DNA from: Anaeramoeba ignava BMAN
Taxonomy: Eukaryota; Protista; Anaeramoebae
Direction of reading: 5' to 3'
DNA: 64,000 nt
Assembly: GCA_028826165.1 (NCBI GenBank)
Contig: JAPDFW010000126.1
Coordinates: forward strand, 96,515 to 160,514
Part shown: positions 28,790 through 43,400 of the stretch, piece by piece
How the letters are laid out: each line of letters starts with the position of its first letter
Numbering within the stretch: the first letter of the stretch is position 1
Translations under genes and position numbers: made by a program
Notes under the pieces: model-generated
What the model was told of the DNA's origin: nothing
The model's input: the letters and a program-made list of their open reading frames with translations, nothing else
Databases searched by the model: none

Positions 28790-29922
28790 ATGTATAATAT
28801 TCAAACTCAATTTGATCCTCGTGAACTTGATTTTCAAGCTCAAAATGAATTAATTTCAATTATTCCAAATTTTGAATCAAAACAATTAAAATTTATTCAA
28901 GTAAAAAACAAAAGAAAATTTTAAAAGAAAAACTTGAAAGAAAAAGAAATTTTTTTATATAAAATTTTCTCAATTAAATAAAATTTGTTAAGGGAACATT
29001 TGGTCCATTTATTCCTTCTGTTCCTTGTAATGTTCCTTTATGGATGGCTCTTTCTCTTAAAAAACAACAAAAATGTCAAATTAAACCTCCTTTATGGCTT
29101 GATGTTCAAAAATTAACTCATAAACTTAAAGAAGAAAATGAAAATGAACAAATTACAACAATTCATAAACATTTTATGGAAATTTCTCTTCAATTATTAA
29201 CTTAGTATCAAGAATTAAAAATTAAAATTAAAATTAAAAATTAAAATTAAAATTAAAATTCAAATTAAAATCAAAATTAAAATCAAAATTAAAATTCATT
29301 ATAAAAATTAAAATTAAAATTAAAATAAAAATTAAAATAAAAATTAAAATTAAAATTAAAATTATAATTAAAATTAAAATTAAAATTATAATTAAAATTA
29401 AAATTAAAATTAAAAAGTGCTTCTGATGATTTACAAAATCCTGAAGAAATTAGATCTTTAATTGAAGATATTTGGAATATTAGACTTTCCAAAATTAGAA
29501 AAAGTTATTCTGCAATTCAAACAGAAGCTTATGCAATAGAAGCAAATAATTTTACTAAAATGGAAATTGAAATGATAAAACCATTTTTTACAACAATTAT
29601 GAAAGTTTTTGATAAATTTTCAACAAAATTACAAGTTAGACTTGAAGAACAAGAATCAAATGAAATTGAACCAAATTATTCTGAATATGAAAATGAATTT
29701 GAAAATGAAAATCAAAATCAAAATGAAATTGAAAATGAAAATCAAAATCAATTTGAAAATGAAAATCAAAATCAAAATGAAATTGAAAATGAAAATAACA
29801 ATAATAATAATCAAATTGAAAATGAAATTGAAAATCAAAATCAAAATCAAATTGAAAATGAAAATGAAAATCAACCAATTAAAAGAAAATTAAGAAGATT
29901 TACTTCAGATACTAAAAAATAA
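28790..29922 (+). CDS. PSF2: GINS complex subunit Psf2 with an E/N/Q-rich C-terminal tail
   Basis: Exons 28790-28900, 28993-29204, 29418-29922. Motifs ELDFQAQNELISIIPNF, GTFGPFIPSVPCNVPLWMALSLKKQQKCQIKPPLWL, IRSLIEDIWNIRLSKIR. Confidence 0.95.
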
Positions 29923-30079
29923 AAATTAAAATTTAAAATTCAAATTCAAATTCAAATTAAATTTAAAAATTAAAATTCAAATTTAAAATTAAAATTAATA
30001 GAAATTAAAATCCAAATTTTAATCTCTTTTAAAAAAAAAAAAAAGAAAAAATTAAAAGAAATTGATAAAAAAATATTAA

Positions 30080-33000
30080 TTATTGTAACCAAGCAATATA
30101 AGATTTAGATTTTGTAACTTTTCTAATCCAACGAGTAGGATTAAAAACTTTAGATTCATCAAAAGCCTTCAAAGATAGAATTTCAATAAAAGTATAATTT
30201 TGAAGATGAAAAGACATGGAAATCGGACCAATTTGTTGTTTTAATTTTTCAATTGAAAAATTTGAAGAATCAACAGAATCACTTTTATTTAAATCAGTTT
30301 TTACGAAGTGGAAGATTAATAACAGTTCTTAAAGTTTCATGTCTTCCACCATTAAAACGTTGAAAATCCCAAATCACTTGATTTGTTTGTTTGTCAAATT
30401 TAGCTTTTTGATAGTGATCATTTCCTGATAAAAAGCAATTCACAGATAAAACATATTCAGGTATTTTAAAACAAACTTGAGCTGGAATTGCTACTATTGA
30501 TTCAGGATATTCAGAGTTAATTTTCACTGTGATTTCAAGTTGATTTTTGTCAATTTCTTCCATTGATGTGAATATTCTATAAGGAATATCAATACTATTT
30601 CCTGACATTCTATATTTCATTAATTCAAATTCTCCTTTTGGTGGAACTAATTTTAAAATTCCTTCGCTTTCAAATTCACTTGAATCACATTTTGAATAAA
30701 ATAAAGCATCACTTATATGAATTCCTGGTCCCAATTCTTGATTTAAATTTTGATTTAAATTTTGATTTAAATTTTGATTTAAATTTTGATTTAAATTTTG
30801 ATTTAAATTTTGATTTAAAATTTGATTTAAAATTTGATTTAAAATTTGATTTAAAATTTGATTTAGATTTTGATTTAAATTTTGATTTAGATTTTGATTT
30901 AGATTTTGATTTAGATTTTGATTTAGATTTTGATTTAAATTTTGATTTAGATTTTGATTTAAATTTTGATTTTAAATTTTGATTTTAAATTTTGATTTAA
31001 ATTTTGATTTAAATTTTGATTTAAATTTTGATTTTAAATTTTGATTTTAAATTTTGATTTAAATTTTGATTTAAAATTTGATTTAAATTTTGATTTAAAT
31101 TTTGATTTAAATTTTGATTTAAATTTTGATTTAAATTTTGATTTAAATTTTGATTTAGATTTTGATTTAAATTTTGATTTAGATTTTGATTTAAATTTTG
31201 ATTTAAATTTTGATTTAAATTTTGATTTAAATTTTGATTTAAATTTTGATTTAGATTTTGATTTAAATTTTGGTTTTGATTTTTATTTAAAATTTTGATT
31301 TTAAATTTTGATTTAGATTTTGATTTGAATTTTGATTTAGATTTTGATTTAAATTTTGATTTAGATTTTGATTTAAATTTTGATTTAGATTTTGATTTAA
31401 ATTTTGATTTAAATTTTGATTTAAATTTTGATTTAAATTTTGATTTAAATTTTGATTTAGATTTTTATTTAAATTTTGATTTATGGTTTTGATTTTTATT
31501 ACGATTTTTGAATTCTCCAATATGAAGATCATCGTTCATTTGAATTGTTAATAATGTTATTTTGGATAAAAAATTTTTCACTCTAACTCTTCCATTTAAT
31601 TGACCTGCAATTAAAGTTCCCTTTTTTTTATTTTAATTTCTTTAATTTTTTTAATTATTTTTATTTGAATTCTTTTCATTTTTTTACATCATTTGAAAAA
31701 GAAACAGAAATATCTTCTAAAATATCAAAAAAAATTTCATTATATTCTTTTTCTGAAGAATAAATATTTGGAATTGGTTTTTTTGATGCTTTTCTTGAAA
31801 CTATTGATTGAGTTCTTTTAGTTTTTTGATGTTTTTTATCTTCATTAGAAGTTAAAACAACAGTATTCCAAATATATTTTCTTAATGATTCAGTTTCTGT
31901 ATTTTGAGGAAATCCATAATCCTGAAAAGATATATATTATTTAATATTCAATATTCAATTTAATTCAATTCAATTCAATTCAATTTAATATTTAATTCAA
32001 TATTCAATATTATATTCAATATTCAATATTCAATTCAATATTTAATATTTAATTCAATATTTAATTTTAATTCAATATTTAATTCAATATTTAATTCAAT
32101 TCAATATTATATTCAATATTCAATATTCAATTCAATATTCAATATTCAATTCAATTCAATTTAATTCAATTCAATTCAATTCAATTTAATTCAATATTTA
32201 ATTCAATATTTAATTCAATATTTAATTTAATTCAATTTAATATTTAATTCAATATTTAATTCAATATTTAATATTTAATATTTAATATTCAATTCAATTC
32301 AATTCAATTCAATATTTAATATTTAATTCAATTTAATATTCAATTCAATTTAATATTTAATATTTAATTCAATTCAATTCAATTCAATTTAATATTTAAT
32401 TCAATATTCAATATTATATTCAATATTAAATATTCAATTCAATATTCAATATTCAATTCAATTTAATATTTAATTTAATTCAATTCAATTTAATATTTAA
32501 TTCAATATTCAATATTCAATTCAATTTAATATTCAATTCAATTCAATTTAATATTTAATTCAATTTAATTCAATTCAATTCAATTCAATTCAATTCAATT
32601 TAATTTTTAATTCAATTTAATTTTTAATTCAATTTAATTTTTAATTCAATTTAATATTTAATTCAATTCAATTCAATTCAATATTCAATTCAATTCAATA
32701 TTTAATATTTAATTTAATTCAATTCAATTCAATTCAATATTATATTTACAATTATTTCATCAATTAATTCATAAATTAAAGGTCCATTATTTATAACAAT
32801 ATCTTCATCAATTCTTCCACAAAAATCTTTAATAGATGTTATAATTCTATTTAAAAAATCTATTATAAAAGAAGATGAAATATTTGATTTTGAAGTTGCA
32901 AGAAAATAAAGATCTGAATCAGGAATAAATATAAAATTAGTTCCATTTTGATGCTAAAAAAATTTTAATAGAAAATTTAATAGAAAATTTAATAGAAAAT

Positions 33001-33355
33001 TTAATAGAAAATTTAATTGAAAATTTAATTGAAAAATTTAATAGAAAATTTAATTGAAATTTTAATAGAAATTTTAATAGAAAATTTAATAGAAAATTTA
33101 ATAGAAAATTTAATTGAAATTTTAATAGAAAATTTAATACAAAAGCTGGTAAAAATTCTCTAAAATTTTCTTCTTCCAATTTATTGAAAAGAATTTCTGT
33201 TGAATTTTCTTTAATTTCATGTAGAACTAAAAACAAAAATTAAATTAAATTAAATTAAATTAAATTAAATTAAATTTATAAATTAAAAATTATTTACAAT
33301 CACGAGCAATAAGTCTATTTCCACGAGGAGAAAGAATAAAAAATTGAGAAATCAT
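30080..33355 (-). CDS. AP4M1: AP-4 complex mu subunit
   Basis: Exons 33355-33298, 33226-33141, 32953-32750, 31921-31688, 31620-31503, 30736-30080, with a 1-nt frameshift at ~30298. Motifs MISQFFILSPRG, IYELIDEII-DYGFPQNTE, NEIFFDILE, VPPKGEFELMKY, IGPISMSF, PTRWIRKVT. Confidence 0.9.
30737..31502 (-). repeat. 12-bp repeat (caaaatttaaat)n: AP4M1 intron or a decayed coding (QNLN)n insert
   Basis: Bounded by GT/AG in compatible phase; also reads QNLN in frame into the downstream exon. Confidence 0.8.
31922..32749 (-). repeat. AP4M1 intron of 5-7-bp units (attca/atattca)
   Basis: Splits DEII|DYGFPQ; repeat visible. Confidence 0.9.
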
Positions 33356-33517
33356 TTTTGTTAATTAATTTTTAATTTAAAAAAATGAAAAAAAATGAAA
33401 AAAAAAAGTGAAAAAAAAATTTTTTCTTTTTTTTTCTTTCTTTTTTTTTTAATTTAAAGAAAACATTAATTTACTAATAAAATTTTATTAAATCTTATTC
33501 ATAATTTTGTTGGAAAT

Positions 33518-34440
33518 GTGTTTATAAATTCAATTATAAATTTAATTATAAATTTAATTATAAATTTAATAATAAATTTGTTTATAAATTTAATTATAAT
33601 TATAAATTTGTTTATAAATTTAATTATAAATTTAATTATAAAGTTAATTATAAAATTAATTATAAATTTAATTATAAATTCAATTATAAATTTGTTTATA
33701 AATATAATTATAAATTTAATTATAAATTTATTTATAAATTTGTTTATAAATTTAATTATAAAATTAATTATAAATTTAATTTAATTATAAATTTAATAAT
33801 AAATTTAATTGTAAATCTTAATTATAAATTTAATTATAAATTTGTTTATAAATTTAATTATAAATTTGTTTATAAATTTAATTATAAATTTGTTTATAAA
33901 TTTAATTATAAATTTAATTATAAATTTAATTATAAATTTGTTTATAAATTTAATTATAAATTTAATTATAAATTTAATTATAAATTTAATTATAAATATA
34001 ATTATAAATTTGTTTATAAATTTAATTGTAAATTTAATTATAAATATAATTATAAATTTGTTTATAAATTTAATTATAAATTTAATTATAAATTTAATTA
34101 TAAATATAAATATAAATTTAATTATAAATTTGTTTATAAATTTAATTATAAAATTAATTATAAATTTAATTATAAATTTAATTATAAATTTAATTATAAA
34201 TATAATTATAAATTTAATTATAAATTTAATTATAAATTTAATTATAAAATTGTTTATAAATTTAATTATAAATTTAATTATAAATTTAATTATAAATTTA
34301 ATTATAAATTTAATTATAAATTTAATTATAAAATTAATTATAAAATTGTTTATAAATTTAATTATAAATTTAATTATAAAATTGTTTATAAATTTAAATA
34401 TAATTTTGTTTATAATTTTGTTTATAAATTTTTTTGATAA
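33518..34440. repeat. Intergenic 12-bp repeat (tataaatttaat)n
   Basis: Visible between the SAC9 stop and the AP4M1 promoter; source of the spurious (IINL)/(IIKF) ORFs. Confidence 0.92.
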
Positions 34441-34447
34441 TTTTGGT

Positions 34448-37400
34448 TTAAAAAAGTGTAATTTTTCCAGCTGAAAAATTCCTTCCTCCATAATTATTTA
34501 AAATTTCAAAAGTAACACGATTTCCAACAACAGAATGCTCCAAATTATATAAAAGCATTACACCACTTTTTGTTTTTGGAATTAAAAACTTTCCAGCCAT
34601 TAATTGAGAAACAATATCACCATTTTTATCAGTTTCAAAAATAGTTAAAATTAAAGATTGAGGTTGAGAAGAAAAGCCTTCTTCATCATCATAAATAATA
34701 TGCAAAATAAACCCACGAATAGGAGTAGTTTCAAATCCAATATCAATTATTCTTTTGATAGGTCTATATTGATACCAAATTGCAGGTATTTGTTGTTTTT
34801 CTGCTAATTCAATAGCTTCTATTTGTCTTGATATTACAATAGATATTGATTCTGTTGTGACAGGTAATTGTGGTGAAAATTTTGAGATTCCATTAATTGA
34901 AATACGTCCAAGATGAAGACGAATAAGATCTTGAAATTGAAAATCTAAATTTGTTTGATTAAAACTTTTATGTTGAAAAAATTCATTTTCATTTTCCTTT
35001 TCTAAATTTTCATTTTCTAAATTTTCATTTTCTAAATTTTCATCTGATTGATTTTCTTGTAATTCAAAATTCATCGATATAATTCTACATCGTTCTTTTT
35101 CATTCAATTTATATATTAATTTAGAATTTGGTTTGATAATTTTTTTTGAATTTTCATTTTGATATCTCGAAGAAAATTCCTTCACTTTTTCAGAATGAAT
35201 TGAATCAAAATCAGTTTGATTTTGTGTTTTTTCCAAATTTTCTTTTTTGGAATCATTTTTCTCTTCTATATTTTCTTGATCATTATCGATATTATTATCA
35301 TTTGATTTTTCTTCAATTTCTCTCAAATCCCAAACACCAATAAATTTTAAATCATCAGCAAAAAGACCTCCAAAAATAGTAATTTTTGGAGCATCTTGAA
35401 AACTATAACCAAAAGAATCAGTATTAATAGTTAAATTATCAAGAAAAGATTCAGAACTTAAAACAATTGTAACATTAACTGAGCTACAACTTGGAGGTGC
35501 AAACCAGGGATCTGCTTCAATATTTTCTGGAAATATTATTGATTCAATTGATGAAAATAATGGATCTGTTGGAACAGACCTTAAAATTCCTGCCTGTGGA
35601 AATACCGCTGAATTTGTTATTTTTGTTGTTGTTCTTGATGACCATCGAATTTTCTTTAATGAATTTGTTACTGATATTGCTTTAAAAATTTGTTGCATTT
35701 GTCGAATATGTAGATTTAATAAATAATTTTTTTGTTGAATTTCAAGTTTGCGAATTTTATCAATAATTGTTTTTTGTTTAGTTAAAGAATAAGCACAACT
35801 TTTGCAAACAGGAACAGGTTTTTCCCACATATATTCAATAATCTTGAATAGGAAATTTAATTTTAATTTTAATTTTATAAATGAATTTTATAAATGAATT
35901 TTAATTTACTTTTATTGCTTGAACTGACATGCATTTATAACAAAATTTATTTAAACAATATCTGCATTGATATTTACTTAATCTTAATCTTGCTCCACAT
36001 GATGGATTTGAACAAGTATTTGTATAAAATTTCTTACTTTTCATAATAGCTTAAAAAGTTAAATATAAATTTGTTTTTTTTGTTTTGTTTTTTGATTAAA
36101 AAAATTTTTTTTTTAATTTCCAATTTTAAATTCTACCTTGAAACATTTTTTCATCTCTTGGAAATATAAAACGATGAGGATTAAAATCTTGAATTCTACA
36201 TCCAAGTTTTAATAAAATATAATCTCTATCAAAAGTTGTTAATCCAAGTTCAAATCTAAGTAATTCAAGTTGTAAAGTTTCTAAAAAATTTAAATTAGTT
36301 TCATTTGAACGAATTCTTGAAATCAATGATTGAACTGCTTCATAATATTCTTGTTGTACTTCATGAATTGAATCACATATTGAAATTTCTTGTTCTTGTT
36401 TCTCCAATTTTGATTTGTTTAATGATAATTCTGATTTTATTTTAGAATGTTTATTTTTTTTTCGATGCGTTTCAGATCTTTGTGATCTTGGAGATTTTGG
36501 AGATTTTGGGGATTTTGGAGATCTTGGAGATTTTGGAGATGATAATTGACTTGAGTTTATACGTTCTTTTTTTCTTCTTTTCGTGTGAATTTTATTTGAT
36601 TTTTTTTCATTTTCATCATTTATTTCATTTATTTGATTTGAATTTATTTGATTTGAATTTATTTCATTTGTTTCATTTGTTTCATTTGGATTTATTTCAA
36701 TTAATGATTTTTGTAGATTCATTTGATTTGAATTTATTTCATTTTCATTATTTATTTCATTTGAATTTATTTCATTTGGATTTATTTCATTTTCATTATT
36801 TATTTCATTTGAATTTATTTCAATTAATGATTTTTGTTGATTCATTTCATTTCCTTTAAATGTTTCAATTTCATCAAAAGAAATTAAATCTTCATCAGGA
36901 TTTATTTTTTGTTTAGATTGAGCTTGACTTTCTTCTAATGTAATTGGGGATATAATATTACTGAAAATATCAGATTTATCTTCATCATCAAAAATAAGTA
37001 AATCTTCTTCAATATTATTTGAAATATTAATTGATCTAACTTGATCATAATCTTCATTATCATTATTATTATTATTTGGGTTTTTTTCTTCATTTCGATT
37101 TTCGTTTTGTTTTATTTTATCTTCTTTTTTTTCAATAGATTGATTTTCTTTATTTTTTTCTTTCTGATGATGATGTTCTCTTTTATGTCTTCTTCTTGAT
37201 GGACTTTTAATATTTTTTGAATAATTTTTATTTGATAAAATATCTAATTGATCATTAAATTTTGATGAACTACTTCTTCGAATTTTCTGTGTATTTACTG
37301 AATGTTTTGGTACTAATTTCTTTTGAGGTTTCATTCTAGAAAATGAAATGGAACGTTTTATTGAATATTCTGATCTTGTGTTCATTAACCGAAAACGATC

Positions 37401-40400
37401 AATATAATTATCATAAATTTTAAAATCTAAATTTGAATCTTTTTCTTTTAAATTGGAAATTTTTTCAGTAATATTAAATGTAGTCGCATCGACAAAATTT
37501 TGATTTGAAATTGTATGTCGATTACTTGCATCAATAAACAATTCTTCATTATCAATTTTCTTGGTATTTTGTTGTGGAAACATTTTCTGAATTTGTTCTT
37601 CAAAAAGTTGATTTAAATCAATTTTGAAATCAATTTTCTGAAAAGCTTGAGTAACAGATCGTGGAGGAACTCCAAAAACATCAACTTTTCCAAGAACCAT
37701 TTGTAATTTTGCATTATTTCCATGGAAAGTAACTAATATTATTCGGGATAGCATTCCAAAATCTAATGAATTTCCTTCAAAATCAAATAAATTATATTCT
37801 TCATTCCGATTTTGAACAAGTTTGTAACATATTTTATTTCCATCATTACAAATTGGAATTGGCATTCTATGAGCTATAATTCTCATTTTATCCAAATAAT
37901 TTCCAACAAAAATATCAGCAAAAACGGGAGAATTTGAATCATTTACACCTCCTCTTATTGTAAAACATATTTCTGTTAAATAACATGGTTGTTTCAAGAA
38001 CAAAAATAACTTTTTAAGAAGAAATAATTTTATAAATAATTTTATATTTAATTTTATAAATAATTTTATATATAATTTTATAAATAATTTTATAAATAAT
38101 TTAATAAATAATTTTATAAATAATTTAATAAATAATTTAATAAATAATTTAATAAATAATTTTATAAATAATTTAATAAATAATTTTATAAATAATTTAA
38201 TAAATAATTTTATAAATAATTTTATATTTAATTTTATAAATAATTTTATAAATAATTTTATATTTGATTTTATAAATAATTTTATAAATAATTTTATAAA
38301 TAATTTTATATTTAATTTTATAAATAATTTTATATTTAATTTTATAAATAATTTTATATTTAATTTTATATATAATTTTATAAATAATTTTATAATAATT
38401 TTATATTGAATTTTATAAATAATTTTATATTGAATTTTATAAATAATTTTATATTGAATTTTATAAATAATTTTATAAATAATTTTATAAATAATTTTAT
38501 TAATAATTTTATAAATAATTTTATAAATAATTTTATAAATAATTTTATAAATAATTTTATAAATAATTTTATAAATAATTTTATAAATAATTTTATAAAT
38601 AATTTAATAAATAATTTTATAAATAATTTAATAAATAATTTTATAAATAATTTAATAAATAATTTTATAAATAATTTTAATAAATAATTTTATAAATAAT
38701 TTTATATTTAATTTTATAAATAATTTTATAAATAATTTTATATTTAATTTTATATTTAATTTTATATTTAATTTTATATTTAATTTTATAAATAATTTTA
38801 TAATTAATTTTATATTTAATTTTATAAATAATTTTATATTTAATTTTATATATAATTTTATATTTAATTTTATAAATAATTTAATAAATAATTTTATAAA
38901 TAATTTTATAAATAATTTTATAAATAATTTTATAAATAATTTTATAAATAATTTTATAAATAATTTTATAAATAATTTTATATTTAATTTTATAAATAAT
39001 TTTATAAATAATTTTATAAATAATTTTATAAATAATTTTATAAATAATTTTATAAATAATTTTATAAATAATTTTATAAATAATTTTATAAATAATTTTT
39101 ATAAATAATTTTATAAATAATTTTATAAATAATTTTATAAATAATTTTATAAATAATTTTATAAATAATTTAATAAATAATTTAATAAATAATTTTATAA
39201 ATAATTTTATAAATAATTTTATATTTAATTTTATAAATAATTTAATAAATAATTTTATAAATAATTTTATATTTAATTTTATATTTAATTTTATAATTAA
39301 TTTTATAATTAATTTTATAACTAATTTTATATTGAATTTTATAAATAATTTTATATTTAATTTTATATATAATTTTATATTTAATTTTATAAATAATTTA
39401 ATAAATAATTTTATAAATAATTTTATAAATAATTTTATAAATAATTTTATAAATAATTTTATATATAATTTTATATATAATTTTATATTTAATTTTATAA
39501 ATAATTTAATAAATAATTTTATAAATAATTTTATATTTAATTTTATATTGAATTTTATATTGAATTTTATAAATAATTTTATATTTAATTTTATATTTAA
39601 TTTTATATTTAATTTTATATTGAATTTTATAAATAATTTTATAAATAATTTTATAAATAATTTTATATTTAATTTTATAATTAATTTTATAAATAATTTT
39701 AATAATTAATTTTATAAATAATTTTATAAATAATTTTATAAATAATTTTATATATAATTTTATATTTAATTTTATATTTAATTTTATAAATGAATTTTAT
39801 AAATAATTTTATATTTAATTTTATAAATAATTTTATAAATAATTTTATAAATAATTTTATATTTAATTTTATATTTAATTTTATATTTAATTTTATATTT
39901 AATTTTATAAATAATTTTATAATTAATTTTATATTTAATTTTATATTTAATTTTATAAATAATTTTATATTTAATTTTATAATTAATTTTATAATTAATT
40001 TTATATTTAATTTTATATTGAATTTTATTGAGATAAATATACTTCTGATTTTAATTTTTCTTTTGGACAAATCCAAGAAACTGATGTATCTGAAAGAAGT
40101 CTTTCAGGTAAATTTTCACTTTCAATTCTAGGTAAAATTTTTTCAAATTCAATATTTTTCAAGCACCAAGTTGGATAACCAGAAACACGTTCAATAGGAT
40201 TAGCTCTTGTTGAAGGGAAATATTTTTCTCTATTTTTCCCAAGAAATAATTCATATAAAACTTGGCGAAATCGATCATGTTGAACATTTTGATATCTTCT
40301 TTTAAGAACTATAATTGTATTATTTGGTGCACTTGATAAACTTGGTGAATATTCTCTAATCATTGCTGTATGCATTGCTGGTGAATTTGTATATAAAATT

Positions 40401-43400
40401 GAACATACATCTCCATTTGTTACAAAAAATTCTGCTATTGCTTCTAAAACTGAACTATTTATTATTTTTCGAAAATTTTCTAAATTTACATCAAATAATT
40501 GCCAGTTTTTTTCTATTTGATAATTGACTGTTCCTCTTTGAAGACGAAAACACATTTCTGAAATAATTTGATGCACCATAACTAATTTTGATATTAATTT
40601 TAAATTTAATTTTATAAATGAATTTTAATATTAATTTTAATATTAATTTTAATTTTAATTTTAATTTTAATATTAATATTAATTTTATAAATGAATTTTA
40701 ATTTTGATTTTAATTTTGATTTTAATTTTAATTTTATAAATGAATTTTAATTTTGATTTTAATTTTGATTTTAATTTTAATTTTATAAATGAATTTTAAT
40801 TTTGATTTTAATTTTAATTTTATAAATTAATTTTAATATTAATTTTAATTTTAATTTTAATTTTAATTTTAATTTTAATTTTAATTTTAATTTTAATTTT
40901 AATTTTAATTTTAATTTTAATTTTAATTTTAATTTTATAAATGAATTTTAATTTTAATATTAATATTAATTTTATAAATGAATTTTAATTTTATAAATTA
41001 ATTTTAATTTTGATTTTATAAATGAATTTTAAAAGAAAAACTACAGAAAGTTGCCACATTTGTTCGATCAAGTGAATCAGCACAATTATATCTTGTAACT
41101 CCTTGTTGAAAACTTGTTTGATTAATTATTCCAAATTCTTTTCTATCAAATGGAATAAAATGTTCATTTTTAGGTTTTTTAAAAGAAGTTGTAATAAAAC
41201 CACCATTTAAATCTTGAGAAGATAAAATAGGTTTAAGCATAAGCCAAAGACCTGTAATTGTTTCATCTTTTCCAAGTTGTTTTATATTTGAATGCCAATC
41301 AAAATTAATTAATTTTAAATCAATATCCATTAAAGATTGAACATATTGATGTGATTCTTGAAATGCTTCTGTTAATGTTGTTTCTGCATTTCCAGGAATA
41401 CATTTTAACATGTTAAAACAAACTATTGGTATTTTTCCAAATCTTTCAATAAGTCTTGTATAATATTGATCAGTTCCTCTATAAGGATCTGATTTGATTA
41501 CAATCTCAGGTTCAGATACTTTTGTTTTTAAAGTTGTTCCCCAACGAACAGGAACAGTTCCTAAATATTAAATTTTTTAATTTTTTATCCGATTTTAATT
41601 TTAATTTTAAATTTAATTTTAATTTTAATTTTAATTTTGATTTTAATTTTAATTTTGATTTTAATTTTAATTTTGATTTTAATTTTAATATTAATTTTAA
41701 TATTAATTTTAATTTTAAATTTAATTTTAATTTTTTATCCGATTTTAATTTTAATTTAAATTTTAATTTTAATTTTAATTTTAATTTTAATTTTAATTTT
41801 ATAAATGAATTTTAATTTTAATTTTAATTTTAATTTTAATTTTAATTTTAATTTTAATTTTAATTTTAATTTTGATTTTAATTTTAATTATAATTTTAAT
41901 TTTAAATTTAATTTTAATTTAATTTTTATAAAATATTAAAATTACCTCGTCTCCAAATATGAGAAATCCAAGTTATTTTTGAATATATTTCCTCTTCTTG
42001 ATCTTGATTTTGATCTTGATCCTGATCTTGATCAAGATCTTCATTTTTTTTAGTTTTATTTTCTTCAATCCAAGAAACAAGTTCACATTCCATTTCATTT
42101 CCAGCTTCTAAAAAAAAAATGAATAAAATTTAAAAAATAACGGAAAAAATTTTTCCTTTTAAATATAAAAATGATTTCTTTTGAATTTTGTGAAGGTTTT
42201 TGATTTTCTACCTCCAAATTCATTAAGACCACGTGCATGATATCTTGTTCCTGGATTTAAATGAGTTTTTCTTGTAATTAAAAACATATTAAATAAATCT
42301 TGATTTTGTAAATTTCTTCCAACTGCAATTCCTTGAAGAAGAACAATACACCATCCAGAAAGACCAATTTGTTCAAAAGGTTCTTTAAGCCATTTATTCC
42401 AACAAAAATCAGGATTATAACTAATTTTTTAATTTTAATTTTAATATTAATATTAATTTTAATTTTAATTTTAATTTTAATTTTAATTTTAATTATAATT
42501 TTAATTTAAATTTTAATTTTAATTGTAATTTTAATTTTAATATTAATTTTAATTTTAATTATAATTTTATAAATGAATTTTAATTATAATTTTAATTTTG
42601 ATTTTAATTTTAATATTTATTTTAATTTTAATTTTAAATTTAATTTTAATATTAATTTTAATTTTAATTTTAATTTTAATTTTAATTTTAATTTTTAATT
42701 TTAATTTTAATTTTAATTTTAAATTTTAATTTTAATTTTAATTTTAATTTTAATTTTAATATTAATATTGATTTTAATTTTAATTTTAATTTTAATTATA
42801 ATTTTAATTTTATAAATGAATTTTAATTTTCATTTTAATTTTAATTTGTACTCTTCAATTAAACTATGTGATGGAAAAGGTTTTGTTATATCTAAAGATT
42901 CACAATAAAAATGTAATCCATCTATTGGGAAATCAGGCATAATTTCAATATTTTTTTGTTCATTTCTAAAATTAAAAAAAAATTAAAAAAAAATTAAAAA
43001 AAAAAACTTTTTTAAATTATAAAGAAAAAAAATACTTATTATTAGGATATTGATAAGCAAGAGTTAATTTAATCCATTCAACAGATTCAATAGTTTTAAT
43101 TTCATGACTACCAAATAAAGAAACTGTAGTTTCAGCCTTAAAAAAAAAGAATAAAAAAAAAGAATAAAAAAATTTGAATAAAAAAAATTTGAATAAAAAA
43201 TGATCAGAATTTTTAATTTAAATTTTGAAAATGTATTTACTTTTGTAACTAAAACAAGATAAGCTATTGATGATATAATAGTATAACCAATTATAGCACA
43301 ACCAGATGTTTTTCTTTTTAAAGTTCTATGTTCTTTAAATAAAGTATCAATTGCTTGAGTTTCTGATTTAAATAAATCAACACCTTGTCTTGCAAAATAA

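Noticed and set aside
23340-30310. Stop-codon reassignment or Euplotes-type AAA-TAR frameshifting
   Set aside because: Genes end in normal TAA/TGA, breaks need a frame change rather than readthrough, directions are mixed, and there is no shared AAA-TAR motif.
33518-34491. ORFs of (IINL)n/(IIKF)n on both strands
   Set aside because: Stop-free frames of a 12-bp non-coding repeat.
38406-40131. ORFs of (FINN)n/(LNIK)n
   Set aside because: They lie inside the SAC9 repeat intron.
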